This document shows, piece by piece, positions 23,272-33,624 of a stretch of DNA of 55,353 nt. Source of the stretch: Candidatus Omnitrophota bacterium (GTDB lineage: Bacteria > Omnitrophota > Gorgyraeia > Gygaellales > Profunditerraquicolaceae); NCBI GenBank assembly GCA_043807505.1, contig JAZDFW010000089.1, positions 1 through 55,353 of the forward strand, written 5' to 3'. The position numbers were made by a program, and so were the translations under genes. The notes under the pieces were generated by a model. The model was given only the letters and a program-made list of their open reading frames with translations, was not told the DNA's origin and searched no databases. The stretch's first letter is position 1. Every line of letters begins with the position of its first letter.

Positions 23272-23877
23272 TTATTTTTTCTGATGGACAATCACTTCAT
23301 CAACTAATCCATAATCTTTTGCTTCTTGAGCAGACATAAAATAGTCTCTATCACTATCCTTTACGATTTTTTCTAAAGGTTGGCCTGTATGATGCGCTAA
23401 GATTTCGTTAATTTTATCACGCAGCTTTAAAATCTCTTTAGCATGAATTGAAATATCTGCGGCAACCCCCTGAATGCCTCCCCAAGGCTGATGTATCATC
23501 ACCCGCGAATGAGGAAGGACAAAACGTTTCCCTTTTGAGCCGGCAGCTAACAAAATTGCGCCCATTGAAGCAGCTTGGCCAACGCAATAAGTAGCTACAT
23601 CGGGTTTTAAAAACTGCATCGTATCATATATTGCTAAACCGGCAGTTACCGAACCACCGGGTGAATTAATATAAATACTGATTTCTTTCTTTACATCTTC
23701 CATTTGTAAAAAAAGCATTTGGGCCATAATAACGTTAGCAACATTGTCATCAATGGCTGTTCCGATAAATATAATACGGTCTTTTAAGAGGCGTGAATAG
23801 ATATCATATGCCCGCTCAAACCCTCGCGAAGTCTGCTCAATAACCATAGGAATTAAAATCTGTGATTTCTCGTTCAT
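23272..23877 (-). CDS. clpP: ATP-dependent Clp protease proteolytic subunit
   Basis: GQAASMGA (catalytic Ser) and MIHQP (His). Length is 201 aa. Confidence 0.95.
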   Translation of the reverse strand: MNEKSQILIPMVIEQTSRGFERAYDIYSRLLKDRIIFIGTAIDDNVANVIMAQMLFLQMEDVKKEISIYINSPGGSVTAGLAIYDTMQFLKPDVATYCVGQAASMGAILLAAGSKGKRFVLPHSRVMIHQPWGGIQGVAADISIHAKEILKLRDKINEILAHHTGQPLEKIVKDSDRDYFMSAQEAKDYGLVDEVIVHQKK

Positions 23878-23970
23878 TATCTTTCCCCTCCTTAAATAAA
23901 TAATGCCTCTGGCGCTTATTGTTTATTTAACTTGCGCACTGTGTGCGGAGTCTCCAATTGATTCGGCGCT

Positions 23971-24849
23971 TTAACTAATTTCCTTCCACTGGGCTTCCCT
24001 GAATAAAAACTCTATCACCTTACGCGGCATATGGTCATCAAGCGGAATATTTTCTTTTTTGGCTATTTCGGACAAAACTAAATAAATCCTTACTTGGACT
24101 CTTGCCTCAGGTTCTAAATTCTTAGCCATTTCTTTTTCTTGTTCATCTATTTTTTCCCGGGGGAAACCTTTCATTGCTAAATCAACTTTTGTGTGCCTTA
24201 TTAATTCCTGCAATTGACGGTTAACTAGAGACTGCGGAACTTTAAAATCAAGGTCCTTAGTAATACTTTCGATAATTTCGTTCTCTATTTTCTGCCGCTG
24301 CTGGTTCTCTTTCTGAAGAAAAATTTGCCTTTCTATAGCCTTCTCTAACTCGGCTAAATTCGGATAACCCAAGCCTTTGGCAAAATTATCATCCAGATTC
24401 TCAATCTTACGGGACTCTTTTAAAGAATCTAAGTTACGCTTGAGGTCATCCGGGGTTATCTCTATTTTTTTGTAATTTACCTGGATGCCCTTGTAATTTT
24501 TAAGTTTAATCTCGGGGCTTATCTCAACCGCGGCTTTATACGATAAGGCCTCTCTGTCTAATTTAACATCGGAAATATCGGGCATATCAATAACATCAAT
24601 TGATTCTTTTTTTATAGCTTCATCATAAGTTTGGGGGATTAATTCTTTAAGCACCTGCTCATGCGCGGTTTTAGCAAAATTTTTTTCTAAAATATCGCGC
24701 GGTGCGTTACCCGGACGAAAACCCGGAACCTTTGCTTCAGCTGCAATTTTTTTAAAAACATCATCGAACTTATTTTTTACGATATCGCCAACTACTTCTA
24801 CGCTGATTTCAACTTTGCTAGCGTCAAGCTTCTTCACCTCTGTTTTCAT
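23971..24849 (-). CDS. tig: trigger factor lacking the FKBP/PPIase domain
   Basis: The N-terminal ribosome-binding domain carries GFRPGNAP. It joins directly (around aa 150) to the C-terminal chaperone arm domain. Length is 292 aa versus ~430 for canonical Tig. Located in tig-clpP synteny. Confidence 0.8.
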   Translation of the reverse strand: MKTEVKKLDASKVEISVEVVGDIVKNKFDDVFKKIAAEAKVPGFRPGNAPRDILEKNFAKTAHEQVLKELIPQTYDEAIKKESIDVIDMPDISDVKLDREALSYKAAVEISPEIKLKNYKGIQVNYKKIEITPDDLKRNLDSLKESRKIENLDDNFAKGLGYPNLAELEKAIERQIFLQKENQQRQKIENEIIESITKDLDFKVPQSLVNRQLQELIRHTKVDLAMKGFPREKIDEQEKEMAKNLEPEARVQVRIYLVLSEIAKKENIPLDDHMPRKVIEFLFREAQWKEIS

Positions 24850-24876
24850 TTTGTTATTTTACCTTTCTTTAATAAA

Positions 24877-25599
24877 TTACATACGGAACTTTTCTCCTAA
24901 ATAAACCTGCCTGGCCTGAGGATTATTGATTAATTCATCGGCAGTACCGGAGATAAGGATTTTTCCTTCCGCAATTAAGTATGCCCTGTCGGTTATAGAG
25001 AGCGTTTCTCTTACGTTATGGTCAGTTAATAAAATCCCCAGCCCCCGGTCTTTTAATTCCCTGATGATCTCCTGCGCCTCATTGACAACAATCGGGTCTA
25101 TCCCTGAAAACGGCTCATCCAGAAGTATAAAAGAAGGGTTAGTAACTAAGGCTCGAGTGATCTCCAGCCTTCTTCTTTCACCTCCGGATAAAGTATAAGC
25201 CCTATTCTTTCTTAGATGCGCAATCCTTAATTCTTCAAGCAAACTTTCCAAGCGAAGTTTACGCTCGGACCTATTTATAGGTAAAGTCTCCAATATCGAC
25301 ATAATGTTCTCTTCAACCGTAAGTTTCCTGAATATTGATGCCTCTTGTGCCAGATAACCGATGCCAAATCTTGCGCGTTGATGTATAGGAAATTTTGAGA
25401 TATCGGTATTATCAAATATAATTTCACCTCTATCCGATTGAATAATACCTACAATCATATAGAAAGATGTGGTTTTACCGGCGCCGTTGGGCCCTAAGAG
25501 CCCGACTATCTCGCCGCGCTTAACAACCATGTTTACGCCTTTGACTACTTCTCTTCCATCGTATGACTTGCAGAGGTCTTTAATTTCCAAAAGATGCAT
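24877..25599 (-). CDS. lptB: LPS export ABC transporter ATPase
   Basis: Walker [10 protein letters not shown], signature [11 protein letters not shown], Walker B ILLDEPF. Adjacent to an OstA-like gene and the kds genes. Confidence 0.9.
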   Translation of the reverse strand: MHLLEIKDLCKSYDGREVVKGVNMVVKRGEIVGLLGPNGAGKTTSFYMIVGIIQSDRGEIIFDNTDISKFPIHQRARFGIGYLAQEASIFRKLTVEENIMSILETLPINRSERKLRLESLLEELRIAHLRKNRAYTLSGGERRRLEITRALVTNPSFILLDEPFSGIDPIVVNEAQEIIRELKDRGLGILLTDHNVRETLSITDRAYLIAEGKILISGTADELINNPQARQVYLGEKFRM

Positions 25600-26503
25600 T
25601 CTTTAGATCCTCCGAAGAATAAAGGATTAATTTAGGCCTTCCGGTAAGCGTAATCTTTTTATCTATCGCCGAATAAACGGCTTCATCGCTATAAGATATA
25701 TTTTCGCCACGGACAATCTTTACATTGCCGCGGCAGATAAGCTTATCAATTGAAGTATTACTCATAAACGAAGAGGATTGATTTGCCTCATCAGGAATTT
25801 TAACTGTATCTTGCTTCTTATCCGAACTTTTTAAAAAATAAACATCCATCTTATCGCAGTAAATCTGCGAACCTTCCCTGTCAACTTTAACATTATTATT
25901 AAAAACCGCAACATTTTTTTCGTAATCTATCTGGAGCGGGCCGTCACAGGTAATCACAATCTTTTCTTTTATCGCTTCATCTTTTGTTTTCTCTTTTTCC
26001 GCAGGAAAAATCTCAACTGTTACGTCTTTTTCTAAATCTACCTTATTTAAATTAGGCGCGCCTGAGGCGCCGGTAGCTGTGGAAAACATATTTTCTCTTT
26101 CGATATTCACTACGTCTTTTGTGTTCACCTGTTGATTCTTTCTATCCCAATCCAAAGAATTAGTGGTTAATTTAGCGCCTGAGGTGGTAGTAATTACAAC
26201 ATTCTCTTCTAGATGCACTTTACCTTCTGCTTTATTAAAATCACCTTTATCAGAGGTGAGCTTAATGTTTTCTTGGCTGCCGTAAAGATTACCGGTTATA
26301 TCTTTAAGCTTAATCACTTCGCCAAAAATATCCGCACTTTTACCAAAAAGCTCCCATGTTTTTTTGCCCTGCTCGCCATAGCCGGCCAGAGAAAAATCAT
26401 CAATCTGCTGATCTGATTGCTGTGGCGACTGCTCTATAGCCAATGATGTAAAATTAACTAAAAAAAATAAAATAAAAAATATAATTAAGCCCTTAAACAT
26501 CAT
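25580..26503 (-). CDS. LptC/LptA-like (OstA-fold) LPS transport protein, apparently two jellyroll modules in one chain
   Basis: N-terminal TM anchor or signal. Two OstA-like segments, including the late motif [19 protein letters not shown]...ITLTG. Positioned between kdsC and lptB as in canonical lptC-lptA-lptB. Confidence 0.6.
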   Translation of the reverse strand: MMFKGLIIFFILFFLVNFTSLAIEQSPQQSDQQIDDFSLAGYGEQGKKTWELFGKSADIFGEVIKLKDITGNLYGSQENIKLTSDKGDFNKAEGKVHLEENVVITTTSGAKLTTNSLDWDRKNQQVNTKDVVNIERENMFSTATGASGAPNLNKVDLEKDVTVEIFPAEKEKTKDEAIKEKIVITCDGPLQIDYEKNVAVFNNNVKVDREGSQIYCDKMDVYFLKSSDKKQDTVKIPDEANQSSSFMSNTSIDKLICRGNVKIVRGENISYSDEAVYSAIDKKITLTGRPKLILYSSEDLKNASFGN

Positions 26504-27032
26504 AAATTTTTAAAATCTTCTCCCATAGCCCTTGTGATTTAAGAATTAATTCTGCTACTTCACGCACAGCGCCCCTGCCCCCTTCTTTAAAAGTGATATA
26601 ACTAGCAACACACCTTACCTGGGCGCAGGAATTAAATACCGCGACAGGAAAACCCACTCTTTTCATGATACATAGGTCTACTAAATCATCGCCCATAAAA
26701 CAGATCTCTTCGCTGGAAACCTTATATTTTTTAAGGATCATATCTAAAACTGCTGACTTAGGAAATATATTCTCGTAAACCGCCTCAACTGACATATCCC
26801 TGGCACGCGGTTTGATTGCCTTTGAACCCTTAGCTGTGATAAGAATGGTTTTTATCCCAGCTTTATTTAAAACTGTAACCCCTAATCCATCACGGACATC
26901 AAAGAATTTCGAATCACGCCCGGCAGAATCATAAATTATCCGGCCGTCAGTCAAAACCCCATCGACATCAAGAAGTAATAATTTTACTTTTTTTGCTTTA
27001 TTTAATACAGATTCTTCTATATTTAATGCCAT
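26493..27032 (-). CDS. kdsC: 3-deoxy-D-manno-octulosonate 8-phosphate phosphatase
   Basis: HAD motif LLLLDVDGVLTDG and GDDLVDL. 179 aa. Located in kdsD-kdsC synteny. Confidence 0.88.
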   Translation of the reverse strand: MALNIEESVLNKAKKVKLLLLDVDGVLTDGRIIYDSAGRDSKFFDVRDGLGVTVLNKAGIKTILITAKGSKAIKPRARDMSVEAVYENIFPKSAVLDMILKKYKVSSEEICFMGDDLVDLCIMKRVGFPVAVFNSCAQVRCVASYITFKEGGRGAVREVAELILKSQGLWEKILKIYDV

Positions 27033-28001
27033 TTACACAAGTCCGGCTCTTAGTAAATCCTGAATATCTAATAGGCCCACGGGCCTTTTGTATTTATCAA
27101 CTACAGGCAGCTCATCAATTTTCTTTTCTTCGATTATATGCAGGGCTTCCGCGGCAAGCATATCAGGATAAACTGTTTTGGGATTTTTCGTCATTACTTC
27201 TTTTACCCGGCATTTGGATAAATCCGATGCAATTTCAAGATGCCTGCGCAAATCACCATCAGTAAAAATACCTACCAATATTCCTTGTTTATTTATAACC
27301 GAAGCGCTTCCTGCGCGCGCCTGAGTAATCGCCAGCAAACAATCGGAAACTTTTTTATTTTCGTTCACTACCGGATTACTTTTTCCCGTGCGCATAATAT
27401 CTCCTACCTTTAAAAGCAGCCTTCTACCGAGAGCGCCGCCGGGATGATAAAATGCGAAATCTTTTTCCTTAAAACCTTTTAATTCTAAGAGGCAAACCGC
27501 TATTGCATCACACATAGCCAAGGTTGCGGTAGTCGAGGCAGTCGGCGCTAATCCTAAGGGACAGGCTTCTTCTTTTACGGAAACATCTAAAACCACATCG
27601 CTATATTTAGCCAATTCTGATTTTACATTACCTGTGATAGCAATAATTTTTAAACCGATTTTTTTCAACAAAGGCAACAGTTGCTTAATTTCGCTAGTCT
27701 CTCCACTATTAGAAATTACAATGATTACATCAAGTTCTGTAACTTTACCCAAATCCCCATGAGAAGCCTCAGCAGAATGTAAAAATAAGCTTGGGCTTCC
27801 TGTTGAAGCAAGAGTCGCGGAAAATTTCTGCGCAATTATTCCGGTCTTACCCATTCCACTTACTACCAGGCGGCCTTTGGTTTTTAAGAGCAGGCCTATG
27901 GCCTTAAGAAAACTCTTGCCAATATGCGATTTTAAAGCGCCTACGGCACTTGCTTCGATCCTTAAAACTTCTTTTGCCCGTTTCAAAACATCTATTTTCA
28001 T
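27033..28001 (-). CDS. kdsD: arabinose-5-phosphate isomerase (KpsF/GutQ family)
   Basis: SIS domain (GMGKTG, SNSGETSE) followed by a tandem CBS pair. 322 aa. Confidence 0.88.
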   Translation of the reverse strand: MKIDVLKRAKEVLRIEASAVGALKSHIGKSFLKAIGLLLKTKGRLVVSGMGKTGIIAQKFSATLASTGSPSLFLHSAEASHGDLGKVTELDVIIVISNSGETSEIKQLLPLLKKIGLKIIAITGNVKSELAKYSDVVLDVSVKEEACPLGLAPTASTTATLAMCDAIAVCLLELKGFKEKDFAFYHPGGALGRRLLLKVGDIMRTGKSNPVVNENKKVSDCLLAITQARAGSASVINKQGILVGIFTDGDLRRHLEIASDLSKCRVKEVMTKNPKTVYPDMLAAEALHIIEEKKIDELPVVDKYKRPVGLLDIQDLLRAGLV

Positions 28002-28813
28002 AATACCGCCTCGATTTTTTTTACCTGTTTTATGAGTTTTTCCAAATCTTTTAAATTAATCATATTCGCTCCGTCGCAAAGTGCTTCATTAGGGCTGGTA
28101 TGCACCTCCAAAAACAACCCATCGCAGCCAAAAGCAACGGCAGCGCGCGAGAGGCCTTCTACGAATTCGCGCTGGCCCGAAGAACAATCCCCCCTGCCTC
28201 CCGGCAGCTGGACACTATGAGTAGCATCATAAATTACAGGATAGCCAAAATCACGCATAATCTTTAAACTTCGAAAATCTGTAACTAAATTATTGTAGCC
28301 AAAAGATACCCCTCGCTCGGTAATCAGGATTTTCCTGTTTCCTGCGCCTTCAACCTTTTTAATTATTGCAAGGATATCCCAAGGCGCCAAGAATTGGCCT
28401 TTCTTTATATTTACTACTTTTCCGGTTAAGGCCGCAGCCACCACAATATCGGTCTGCCTGCATAAAAACGCCGGGATCTGGATTACGTCTAAAACATCTT
28501 TTACTGAATCAATTTCTTTTATGCAATGGACATCGCTTAATAACGGGACCTTTAATTTTTGTTTGACCTTAGCTAAAATCTCGATGCCTTTTTTTAAACC
28601 GGGGCCGCGGTAAGAACTAATAGAAAGCCTGTTTGCCTTATCAAAGCTGGATTTAAAAATAAAGGGAATTTTGAATTTTTCCGCGATATCTTTTATCCGT
28701 TTGGCGATTTCTAGAACCATAGCCTCAGACTCAATCACACAAGGCCCGGCAATCAAAACCAAAGGATTGCTCCTGCCAATTTTAATACTACCGACTTTTA
28801 TTTCTTTTGTCAT
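27998..28813 (-). CDS. kdsA: 2-dehydro-3-deoxyphosphooctonate aldolase (KDO8P synthase)
   Basis: IAGPCVIES, FKSSFDKANR and PAFLCRQTD motifs. 271 aa. Confidence 0.92.
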   Translation of the reverse strand: MTKEIKVGSIKIGRSNPLVLIAGPCVIESEAMVLEIAKRIKDIAEKFKIPFIFKSSFDKANRLSISSYRGPGLKKGIEILAKVKQKLKVPLLSDVHCIKEIDSVKDVLDVIQIPAFLCRQTDIVVAAALTGKVVNIKKGQFLAPWDILAIIKKVEGAGNRKILITERGVSFGYNNLVTDFRSLKIMRDFGYPVIYDATHSVQLPGGRGDCSSGQREFVEGLSRAAVAFGCDGLFLEVHTSPNEALCDGANMINLKDLEKLIKQVKKIEAVL

Positions 28814-29550
28814 GTTTTATGCCTCTGTAAATAGTGCTTTACTTTTTCCAAATCATCCGGCGTATCCACTCCGATAGTCTCGTATTGTGTTTCGATAACC
28901 TTAATTTTTAAACCTGCCTGCAAGACTCTTAATTGTTCCAGTTTTTCTACTGATTCTAAACTTGAAACCGGCAGGTTCTTATAGGTAAATAAAAAATCTT
29001 TTGTATAACCATATAAACCAATGTGCTTGTAATAAACAGCAGTCTTAGTTTCGGAATTTGACGCATGATATGGAATTGCCGCCCTTGAAAAATATAGGGC
29101 AAAATTATTTTTATCCACTACAACCTTTACTACATTGGGATCAATTACTTCTTCAGCACGATCTATTTTTTTCATCAGCGTTGCCATAGGAATTGCCTGA
29201 TCATCGAGCAGAGTTTGGGCAATCGTATCAATCATAATCGGATGGATTAACGGCTCATCTGCCTGAATATTTATTATAACTTTTACGTCGATAGAATTTA
29301 CTACTTCGCAAATTCTATCTGAGCCAGAAGTATGTGCCTTGGCAGTCATAACTACTTTGGCCCCGAACTCCTGGGCAGCCATTGCGACCATGTCGTCATC
29401 ACAGGCAATAATTAAATCATCCAATACAAGTGACTGTTTTGCAATTTCCCAGACATGCTGCAGCATGGGCTTGCCTAAAATATTCGCCAATACCTTACCC
29501 TGGAAACGGCTCGAAGAATACCTTGCCGGTATTATACCGATTGCATTCAT
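28810..29550 (-). CDS. kdsB: 3-deoxy-manno-octulosonate cytidylyltransferase (CMP-KDO synthetase)
   Basis: IIPARYSSSRFQGK N-terminus and the IQADEPL motif. 246 aa. Confidence 0.9.
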   Translation of the reverse strand: MNAIGIIPARYSSSRFQGKVLANILGKPMLQHVWEIAKQSLVLDDLIIACDDDMVAMAAQEFGAKVVMTAKAHTSGSDRICEVVNSIDVKVIINIQADEPLIHPIMIDTIAQTLLDDQAIPMATLMKKIDRAEEVIDPNVVKVVVDKNNFALYFSRAAIPYHASNSETKTAVYYKHIGLYGYTKDFLFTYKNLPVSSLESVEKLEQLRVLQAGLKIKVIETQYETIGVDTPDDLEKVKHYLQRHKT

Positions 29551-30570
29551 TTATTTTTGATTTATCCTTTCTAGTAATTCTTTTCGAGTGGTTACAGCGG
29601 TGCCTAATTTTCCAACAACAATCCCGGCAGCAAAATTCGCCAGGTAAGCAGCTTCCGCTTTATTTGCTCCGCAGGCCAAAGCAAGAGTAAAAACAGAAAT
29701 TACCGTATCTCCTGCTCCGGAAACATCAAAAACTTCCTGGGCCACAGTAGGGATACGCGTTACGCGGTTATTTTTTTCAAAAAGCCGCATTCCACGCTCA
29801 CCCAAAGTGACCAAAATCGATTCGAGGCCTAAATATTCAAGGATTTCTTTGGCTGCTAAATCAATGTCTTTTTCCGTAAATAAACGGTCGCTATTAATTT
29901 TAAATTTGTTAGTGTTATCTTTGATTTTTAAATCCCTGATAGCATTCTCTAATTCTTTGCGGTTAGGGGTAATTGTCGTCAAGCCCCTATAATACCCAAA
30001 GTGCTCTTCTTTAGGGTCAACTGTGACAATTTTTTTATTATTACGCGTAATACTTTTTAATTCCTTGAGTAAGGTTTCATTTATTACACCCTTACCATAA
30101 TCCTCAACAATTACGGCATCAAAATCATTAACGTTGTTTTTCAAAAATTTAATGAATTTTTCGTTTAGCTTTTTGGATAAAGAATCCCGATGTTCCCAAT
30201 CTACCCTGACTACCTGCTGATGAGCGGCAATCACCCTGGTTTTTAAAGTTGTATATCGGCCTAATTCAGGAAATATACCCCTGGTATCAATTTTTCTTTT
30301 TTTTAATTCTGAGAGTAAAATTTCCGCGTGTTTATCATTGCCTGTTACGCCCAATAAAGATACACTTCCGTCAAGGGCACGGATGTTATTTGCCACGTTA
30401 GCTGCTCCGCCAGGAACATAAGTCCGCTTATTGGCCCAAACAACCGGCACAGGCGCTTCCGGCGAAACCCTATCCACCGTACCAAAGATGTATTGATCAA
30501 GGATTAAATCTCCGATCACTAAAATCTTTGTTTTGTTGAATTTACTGATTATATTTTTAAAATCGTTCAT
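29551..30570 (-). CDS. hldA: D-glycero-beta-D-manno-heptose-7-phosphate kinase (RfaE domain I type, PfkB family)
   Basis: ILVIGDLILDQY N-terminus and DVSGAGDTV PfkB motif. 339 aa, with no adenylyltransferase domain. Confidence 0.8.
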   Translation of the reverse strand: MNDFKNIISKFNKTKILVIGDLILDQYIFGTVDRVSPEAPVPVVWANKRTYVPGGAANVANNIRALDGSVSLLGVTGNDKHAEILLSELKKRKIDTRGIFPELGRYTTLKTRVIAAHQQVVRVDWEHRDSLSKKLNEKFIKFLKNNVNDFDAVIVEDYGKGVINETLLKELKSITRNNKKIVTVDPKEEHFGYYRGLTTITPNRKELENAIRDLKIKDNTNKFKINSDRLFTEKDIDLAAKEILEYLGLESILVTLGERGMRLFEKNNRVTRIPTVAQEVFDVSGAGDTVISVFTLALACGANKAEAAYLANFAAGIVVGKLGTAVTTRKELLERINQK

Positions 30571-31496
30571 GCTTTATCTATTATTGCCTGGGCTAACAAA
30601 GGTAACATTATTTCATGGTGCCCGATAATATAATAACCTTTCCCGCCGGAAGCTACCGGCCGTGTCACTATATTTTGGCTGGGCCTGTAGTGATAAATCA
30701 TATCAAAATTTACAGTTACAAAATCCTTAACCTGAAAGCCTAAATTCCGCGTTAGGTTTAACGCCTTTAAAAACACTTCCGGCAAGATTACTGCCGAGCC
30801 GAAATTTAACACTACCCCGCCTTTATTCAAACTACGGATACTTTCGCTTAATTGATAAAAATCCCGGGTACTGCCTTCGCCTGTGCGCGCGCCGTTAAAA
30901 GAAGCATGCTGATGAATAATATCCGTGCCGATAGCTACATGCACGCAAACCGGAATTTTATATTTATAGGCATTATAGAGCAGGCTCAAATCTTTATGGG
31001 GCAATTTAGAAAAATAAATTTTTCTCCCAACAGATTCTCCTAAACCAAAACCCTCGCTGACTCCGTCGTTTATCGCGTTGTTTATAAAATCCGCGGTTTC
31101 CCGCCCCATCCCAAACTTACCGTATTTTAAGTTTTCTCCGACATCTTCAGAAGTCTTTCCCTGAAAAGCAAGTTCAAAATCATGGATAACGCAGGCGCCA
31201 TTTAAGGCAATACTAGTGATAACTTTCTTTTTGATTAATTCGATGATGACCGGATTAAGCCCGCATTTAATTACATGAGCTCCGGCCATAAAAATCACCG
31301 ATTTCTTTTGCTTGTGGGCTCTTGTTACCGCATTAACTACGCAAGTTAAATCATCGGCCTTTAAAATTTTAGGCAAAGAAGCAAAAAACCTTAAAAAAGA
31401 GGCCTTACGCACAGGCGCTTTGGCAAAGTCCCCTGCTTTTACCTTGTTAAATCTAGCCTTTAGTGAATATGTCTTTACTTTGTTTAGATTAATCAT
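30567..31496 (-). CDS. deoxyhypusine-synthase-like (DHS-like NAD-binding fold) protein, function unknown
   Basis: Compared from memory with archaeal DHS, these segments align: FMAGAHVIKCGLNPVIIELIKKKVITSIALNGACVIHDF, IPVCVHVAIGTDIIH and LNFGSAVILPE. The assignment is tentative. Confidence 0.4.
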   Translation of the reverse strand: MINLNKVKTYSLKARFNKVKAGDFAKAPVRKASFLRFFASLPKILKADDLTCVVNAVTRAHKQKKSVIFMAGAHVIKCGLNPVIIELIKKKVITSIALNGACVIHDFELAFQGKTSEDVGENLKYGKFGMGRETADFINNAINDGVSEGFGLGESVGRKIYFSKLPHKDLSLLYNAYKYKIPVCVHVAIGTDIIHQHASFNGARTGEGSTRDFYQLSESIRSLNKGGVVLNFGSAVILPEVFLKALNLTRNLGFQVKDFVTVNFDMIYHYRPSQNIVTRPVASGGKGYYIIGHHEIMLPLLAQAIIDKA

Positions 31497-31540
31497 AGGA
31501 ATCTATAATTTTAGCATATTTTGCAGTTAAATCAATATAG

Positions 31541-33622
31541 TTATTTTTTATTCAAAATCTCATCAGCTGCTTGTAAAACATCTTCTACACTGATAGCGCG
31601 CAGGCAAGCAAAGCCCTTTTTACAATTATGCGCCAGGCATTCTATGCAGCCAACTGTTTCATGTAAAAATTTGTCTCTTAGGCCCCGCGGCCCCCAACGC
31701 GTGGGGCTTAAGCCTTTTTGCGACCTGCCGAAAATTGAAATTACCGGCACCCCCACTGCTGAACCGACATGCACCGGCCCGGAATCATTAGAAATAAAAA
31801 GGTTGCATCTCTTTAATAAACTTGCCATTTGAGAAACCGAAGTCTTTCCTCCCAGATTAACTGCCGGATGAAGCATATTTTCTAAAACATTTTGCGCAAG
31901 GGCAGTATCTTTTGGCCCGGCAATCACAAATACCTTAAAACCGTATTTTTCGATTAACTTATCAGCCACTTCCGCGAACTGACCATTCGGCCAAATCTTC
32001 GAAGGGCAACTTGCGCCTGGATGGATTGCTAATAATTTATCTTTTTTTGTTACTTGTTCTTTTAATAATAATTCTTCTGCCCATTTTTCTGATTCCGCTT
32101 TAAGCGGCATGAAAACTAAAGCATCTTTAGTTTCAAGCCCCAGGTACCTGATTAAATCAAGGTTATATTCTATTTCGTGTTTTTGGCCAAATTGTTTAGT
32201 ATGCGTTATCTTATCGCTTAATAAAAATCCAAGCTTCTGGTCATATCCTATACGCCGCGGTATACCGGCGAGATACGTCACTAAATGCATCCGGTTAGTC
32301 GGATGTAAAATCAAAGCCAGGTCAAATTTCCTTTTCTTTAAATTACGGGAGAATTTAATTGATCCAAGCCAACTCTTATGCTTTCTATCCTTATCATAAA
32401 TGATGACCTCGTCTAAATAGGGATTGCCATCAACGATTTCCTTAGAATACGGGCTGACTATCATTGCAATATAGGCATGAGGATAATTATCTCTTAAGAC
32501 CTTAATTACCGGGGTCGATAAAAGCACATCCCCAATTCTATCCGTGCGCACAATCAATATTCTTTTAAAATTATTTTTCCGGCTGGTGGCTTGTGGCTTG
32601 TGGCTTTGGCTATCGGAAGCCAAACCACTGCCCCCTGGCTTGTAGCTGTTGGCTAAAATCATTCTCACCTGAGTTAACACATCTTCTACTTGAACTATTT
32701 CGATGCATTTTAAAGTGCCAAATTTACATTGTGCCTTTGCGCAGGGACGGCAATAAATCTGCTTTTTAACCACCTTGCTAACCCTTGACCATGGCCCGTA
32801 TTTTAATTCGTCGGTCGGGCCGAATATCGCAACAATTGGCTTATCCAAATAACTTCCCAAGTGAAGTACCGCACTATCATTAGTAATCAAAAGGCTCGAC
32901 TTTTCTATTAAACAAGCCAATTCTGCTAAACTTGTCTTGTCGGTTAGATCAATGATCGGAGAAATAAGGCGCCCTGTAATGTATTTTGCAATCGGCGCAT
33001 CATCTTTATTGCCGACCAGAATTACCCGCACGCCAAACTCTTTAATTAAGGTTTGAATTAATTCCGCGAATTTATCCTGCGGCCATCTTTTGATATGGCT
33101 TCTGGCGCCCGCGGCAATAACAATAATTTTATCGCCATCTTTAATATTATTTTGGGCTAAAATTTTACTGATATATTCTTCATCTTGCGGCTTAATATAC
33201 AAAGAATTCCTTTGTATTTGGTTTTGCAATCTTTGTGGCGGGAAATTTTTAATTTTCCGCAGATGAATGTCTCGCATATGCTTTATGTTTTTGGATGGGT
33301 TTAGAAAAATAGATTGTTTAATCTTAGCAGGTAGAAACGCCCCAAAAAAACTGTTGCGTAAATCAACTACCAAATCAAAATTTTCTTTTTTTAATTCATT
33401 GAATAACTTCAACTTCTCGCGTAACTTAGATTGTTTATTAAAAATAATCAGCCTCTGGATTATTGGATTATCCATAAATAACTCTTTTGGCCTTGGGCCT
33501 GAAACAACGGTTATTTTTGCATGAGGAAAATTTTCTCTTAAAGTATCCAGGACTGGCAGAGTTAAAATAACATCCCCGATATTGCTTAAAGTAATAAAAA
33601 GGATTTTCTCGATTTTTTGCAT
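31541..33622 (-). CDS. tandem fusion of two GT9 (heptosyltransferase-family) glycosyltransferase domains
   Basis: There are two complete GT9 units. Each starts with ...L(F/I)I(T/R)...IGDV(I/L)L and ends with a Cys-rich C-x2-C...C...C tail followed by VEDV. They are joined by the low-complexity linker GGSGLASDSQSHKPQATSRKNN. Confidence 0.8.
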   Translation of the reverse strand: MQKIEKILFITLSNIGDVILTLPVLDTLRENFPHAKITVVSGPRPKELFMDNPIIQRLIIFNKQSKLREKLKLFNELKKENFDLVVDLRNSFFGAFLPAKIKQSIFLNPSKNIKHMRDIHLRKIKNFPPQRLQNQIQRNSLYIKPQDEEYISKILAQNNIKDGDKIIVIAAGARSHIKRWPQDKFAELIQTLIKEFGVRVILVGNKDDAPIAKYITGRLISPIIDLTDKTSLAELACLIEKSSLLITNDSAVLHLGSYLDKPIVAIFGPTDELKYGPWSRVSKVVKKQIYCRPCAKAQCKFGTLKCIEIVQVEDVLTQVRMILANSYKPGGSGLASDSQSHKPQATSRKNNFKRILIVRTDRIGDVLLSTPVIKVLRDNYPHAYIAMIVSPYSKEIVDGNPYLDEVIIYDKDRKHKSWLGSIKFSRNLKKRKFDLALILHPTNRMHLVTYLAGIPRRIGYDQKLGFLLSDKITHTKQFGQKHEIEYNLDLIRYLGLETKDALVFMPLKAESEKWAEELLLKEQVTKKDKLLAIHPGASCPSKIWPNGQFAEVADKLIEKYGFKVFVIAGPKDTALAQNVLENMLHPAVNLGGKTSVSQMASLLKRCNLFISNDSGPVHVGSAVGVPVISIFGRSQKGLSPTRWGPRGLRDKFLHETVGCIECLAHNCKKGFACLRAISVEDVLQAADEILNKK

Positions 33623-33624
33623 AG

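Noticed and set aside
32581-32640. Short tandem GGCTTGT(G) repeats
   Set aside because: They lie inside a continuous ORF and encode the low-complexity linker between two GT9 domains. They are not a stand-alone microsatellite or regulatory element, although they could be slippage-prone.
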